The position numbers and the translations under genes are program-made. Below the pieces are notes generated by a model. The model saw nothing but the letters and a program-made list of their open reading frames with translations. It was not told where the DNA came from and searched no databases. Source: Macrostomum hystrix (Eukaryota; Animalia; Platyhelminthes). Taken from it: a stretch of 64,000 bases of DNA. The stretch lies in assembly GCA_950097015.1 (NCBI GenBank), contig CATNEN010000038.1:33604001-33668000 (forward strand). The letters are read 5' to 3'. Positions 62,401-64,000 of this stretch are shown one piece after another (within the stretch, counting starts at the first letter, position 1; every line of letters begins with the position of its first letter).

Positions 62401-63750
62401 GTTTCGAAAGCAAAAGTTAGCGAATTTCTGCAGTGGAAGAATGACATTAACATGGATCCTGCCGCATTCTTTGAAGTTCACGAGCACAAGACAGCAGAAG
62501 ATGGTCCTGTTTTTATCTATGCTGCTGACATAAAGGATCTTCTACTTTCGTATGGAGAACATAGGCTTGAGTCTGGTGCGAAGCCGAATGAAAATTTTTT
62601 TCTGTTTAAGGCAAGGAATCACTCGTTTGCAACCTTCCTGCGAGAAAAGAGACGGAAATTCCCGTCACTTCTTGCACTAAGCCGAATATCTCCGAACATA
62701 GTTCGGCATGTCTTCGAAACTAAAAGCCGAGAGGTGAATGACAATGACACGCAACATTTAGTCAACCGTGCTTTGAATCATTCACATGCTACTGCTACAA
62801 AGTCGTACATGGCAAGTACCCAAACACATGCCCGAGCAGCTAGTAAAGCTCTTCAGAACACTATCAGTCATTTTCTCAAGCGAGATGCTGCCAGCTCAAG
62901 CGAAACTACTGACCAAGATCTGCAGAGCACCAGCAGTCAAGTTCTCCAACGAGGTTCAGCCAGCTCAAAGCGAGATACTGCCGGCTCAAAGCGAGATGCT
63001 GCCAGCTCAAAGCGAGATGCTGCCAGCTCAAAGCGAGATGCTGCCAGCTCAAAGCGAGATGCTGCCAGCTCAAAGCGAGATGCTGCCAGCTCAAGCGAAG
63101 CTACTGACAAAGATCTGCAGAGCACCAGTAGTCAAGTTCTCCAACGAGGTTCATCCGGCTCAAAGCGAGATGCTGCCAGCTCAGGAAAAGCTAACAGAGC
63201 TAGCGCCCCAAAGCCGTCGAAATTGCCACGAAATTTCGGAATTGTTGATCTTGATGACGACTCTGATGCTCTTAGTGCCTTTACTGAAGCTAAAAAGCAT
63301 CCCAGCAAAGAAGACACGCATCCAAACACGAAATTTCATGTTGTCACTTTTAATAAGCCAATGGCGGAAAAAAGACGTGCTTCTGATGATAAAAAAGAAA
63401 GTAATACGAAGAGTCATATAAAAAAAAGCAGGCGACTGCAACACGAAAAGCTGTGCGAGTCGTACGACTGTGGCGACATTGTATGTGCCAAGTACTCTAA
63501 CTATCCGTTCTGGCCTGCAATGATCTGCAACGATCCACGAAGCAACAGTCACTTCCGGCAACAAGAGCTGCATGTGCAGTTCTTTGAAAGTCCACCTACT
63601 CGTATGTGGATCAAGCTTGGAAATGTTAAGCCATTTGATTCATCTGACAGGCCACAGCAGGCTGATTCAGAGCTACTCGCTGCATTCACAACCGCTTACG
63701 AAGCTACACTGTTCCTTCCCGATGAACGACTGAATCGCTATCTTGTTTAG
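59491..63750 (+). CDS. Multidomain tyrosine recombinase: 14 x 33-aa repeats, 2 CHHC-like fingers, C2H2 finger, YR catalytic domain, KRDAASS repeats, PWWP domain
   Basis: Uninterrupted ORF after the acceptor TTTTCAG (59480), first ATG at 59491. YR residues: GANR (62389), HKT (62488), PNIVRH (62704), LNHS (62779), KSY (62806). PWWP: GDIVCAKYSNYPFWPAMI..HVQFF..PTRMWI..VKPF. Confidence 0.88.
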   Translation: MLAAGNSQHAPQSSEPTTGTCVPQLPSKLISLSDASIGIGQHAPQSSEPTTGSCVPQVPSKLSSLSDASIGIGQHAPQSSEPTTGSCVPQLPSKLISLSDASIGIGQHAPQSSEPTTGTCVPQLPSKLISLSDASIGIGQHAPQSSEPTTGSCVPQLPSKLSSLSDASIGIGQHAPQSSEPTTGTCVPQLPSKLISLSDASIGIGQHAPQSSEPTTGTCVPQLPSKLSSLSDASIGIGQHAPQSSEPTTGTCVPQLPSKLSSLSDASIGIGQHAPQSSEPTTGTCVPQLPSKLSSLSDASIGIGQHAPESSELTTGSCVPQVPSKLSSLSDASIDIGQHAPQSSEPTTGSCVPQLPSKLSSLSDASIGIGQHAPQSSEPTTGTCVPQLPSKLSSLSDASIGIGQHAPQSSEPTTGSCVPQVPSKLSSLSDASIDIGQHAPQSSEPTTGSCVPQLPSKLSSLSDASIGIGQHAPQSSEPTFNENDLLISKFQGKIHQDSLAQASDALAIDLLNELNSACYVLGTHAGSASDCSIATNNGADENFLSMLESANECLAGHVESASEEPDLHQVPVLSDLNGSSNRGCSYVCYLDPNHIINQSRIAEHFERHHFGENMIKSSSEIRQELYRHNKVFIQSASMATSKMAHVVEEPVKQARERQGSDFICPFDQSHRISKSRFTEHFQRRHMGEFVPSERKKAIELAKALTSEQAEAPSSSNGDCPLCHLPFAYMVSHLRFWHELQISDAHELLKEEKKKVVIKQVQESWEEKAKKKEALKPVTVKPTSTPATVPTLTDFEANLRTYLGTKKAESTSQQMRQALRAIMNYIQTDNLIDVITESNRSAITAFLTEKSDKFADACKPYVAALVRLGEYLKTKFNKLITELELTAELDSFKIASACYGKSRNQDKKRAEIARRLKLDRFILHSDELQAVFNVIQEFKAKAEDDLDSEECVIFLGLNFTISPQGANRPDVVSKAKVSEFLQWKNDINMDPAAFFEVHEHKTAEDGPVFIYAADIKDLLLSYGEHRLESGAKPNENFFLFKARNHSFATFLREKRRKFPSLLALSRISPNIVRHVFETKSREVNDNDTQHLVNRALNHSHATATKSYMASTQTHARAASKALQNTISHFLKRDAASSSETTDQDLQSTSSQVLQRGSASSKRDTAGSKRDAASSKRDAASSKRDAASSKRDAASSKRDAASSSEATDKDLQSTSSQVLQRGSSGSKRDAASSGKANRASAPKPSKLPRNFGIVDLDDDSDALSAFTEAKKHPSKEDTHPNTKFHVVTFNKPMAEKRRASDDKKESNTKSHIKKSRRLQHEKLCESYDCGDIVCAKYSNYPFWPAMICNDPRSNSHFRQQELHVQFFESPPTRMWIKLGNVKPFDSSDRPQQADSELLAAFTTAYEATLFLPDERLNRYLV
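59512..60927 (+). repeat. Coding 99-bp tandem repeat, 14 full copies plus a partial copy
   Basis: Unit QHAPQSSEPTTGSCVPQLPSKLSSLSDASIGIG starts at 59512, 59611 ... 60898. Confidence 0.97.
62878..63183 (+). repeat. Coding 21-bp repeat (KRDAASS) within a larger duplicated block
   Basis: AAGCGAGATGCTGCCAGCTCA units; the block DLQSTSSQVLQRGS occurs twice. Confidence 0.9.
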
Positions 63751-64000
63751 AACCTCCTGCGCGCAATTTTTCTAAGCTTTCTTAGGAAAACCGGGCATTA
63801 AGATGCGAGTATTTACTTTTTGTCAATAATGAAGCGCTGTAATTCAGCCATATTTGGCGCATTTAATGTTTCGTTCAATGTGTTTTTTTTCAACCATTTT
63901 TATGCGCAACTCGCTTCCTATGCTACAGCTCAATCTTCATCAGTGCCGCATTAAACAGCGACTCAGAGTTGGGTTTTCACTCACTATATTACTTTGCAGT

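Larger units (their letters stand above)
56887..64000 (+). mobile_element. Large putative DNA transposon carrying a tyrosine recombinase-PWWP gene, inserted in a VPS11 intron; right end not seen in the window
   Basis: Sharp junction TA|CCCGGTTGCC interrupting a host minisatellite, GGCCC subterminal array, and a YR ORF. That these parts belong to one element is inferred from their arrangement. Confidence 0.75.

Noticed and set aside
59482-63750. DIRS-type retroelement or bacterial/phage integrase contamination
   Set aside because: No RT/RNase H or gag is seen in the window. The ORF has eukaryotic PWWP and zinc-finger domains and a splice acceptor, and it lies within a spliced host gene.

Overview
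Eukaryotic (animal) genomic DNA, gene-dense with GT-AG introns, most of which are filled by intron-specific minisatellites. The style suggests the flatworm Macrostomum, but this is an inference and not proven here. Spliced genes reconstructed by hand: the 3' part of CCDC33 (+), TBC1D15/17 (-), an hnRNP A/B/squid-like gene (+), an uncharacterised HAD-like gene (+), and a tight co-oriented run SMARCAL1-STOML2-EXOSC9-VPS11 (+) that looks like a trans-spliced operon. Also present are two convergent tRNA-Thr genes, a non-autonomous Helitron with a nested hAT MITE, and a tRNA-derived SINE family. The standout is an element starting at 56887 inside a VPS11 intron. It has a sharp CCC terminus, a GGCCC subterminal array, and an intact ~1420-aa ORF that joins 14 33-aa repeats, two CHHC-like (GTSF1/U11-48K-type) fingers, a C2H2 finger, a tyrosine recombinase domain (R-K-R-H-Y) and an MSH6-like PWWP chromatin reader. 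The element and VPS11 appear to continue beyond the window end.
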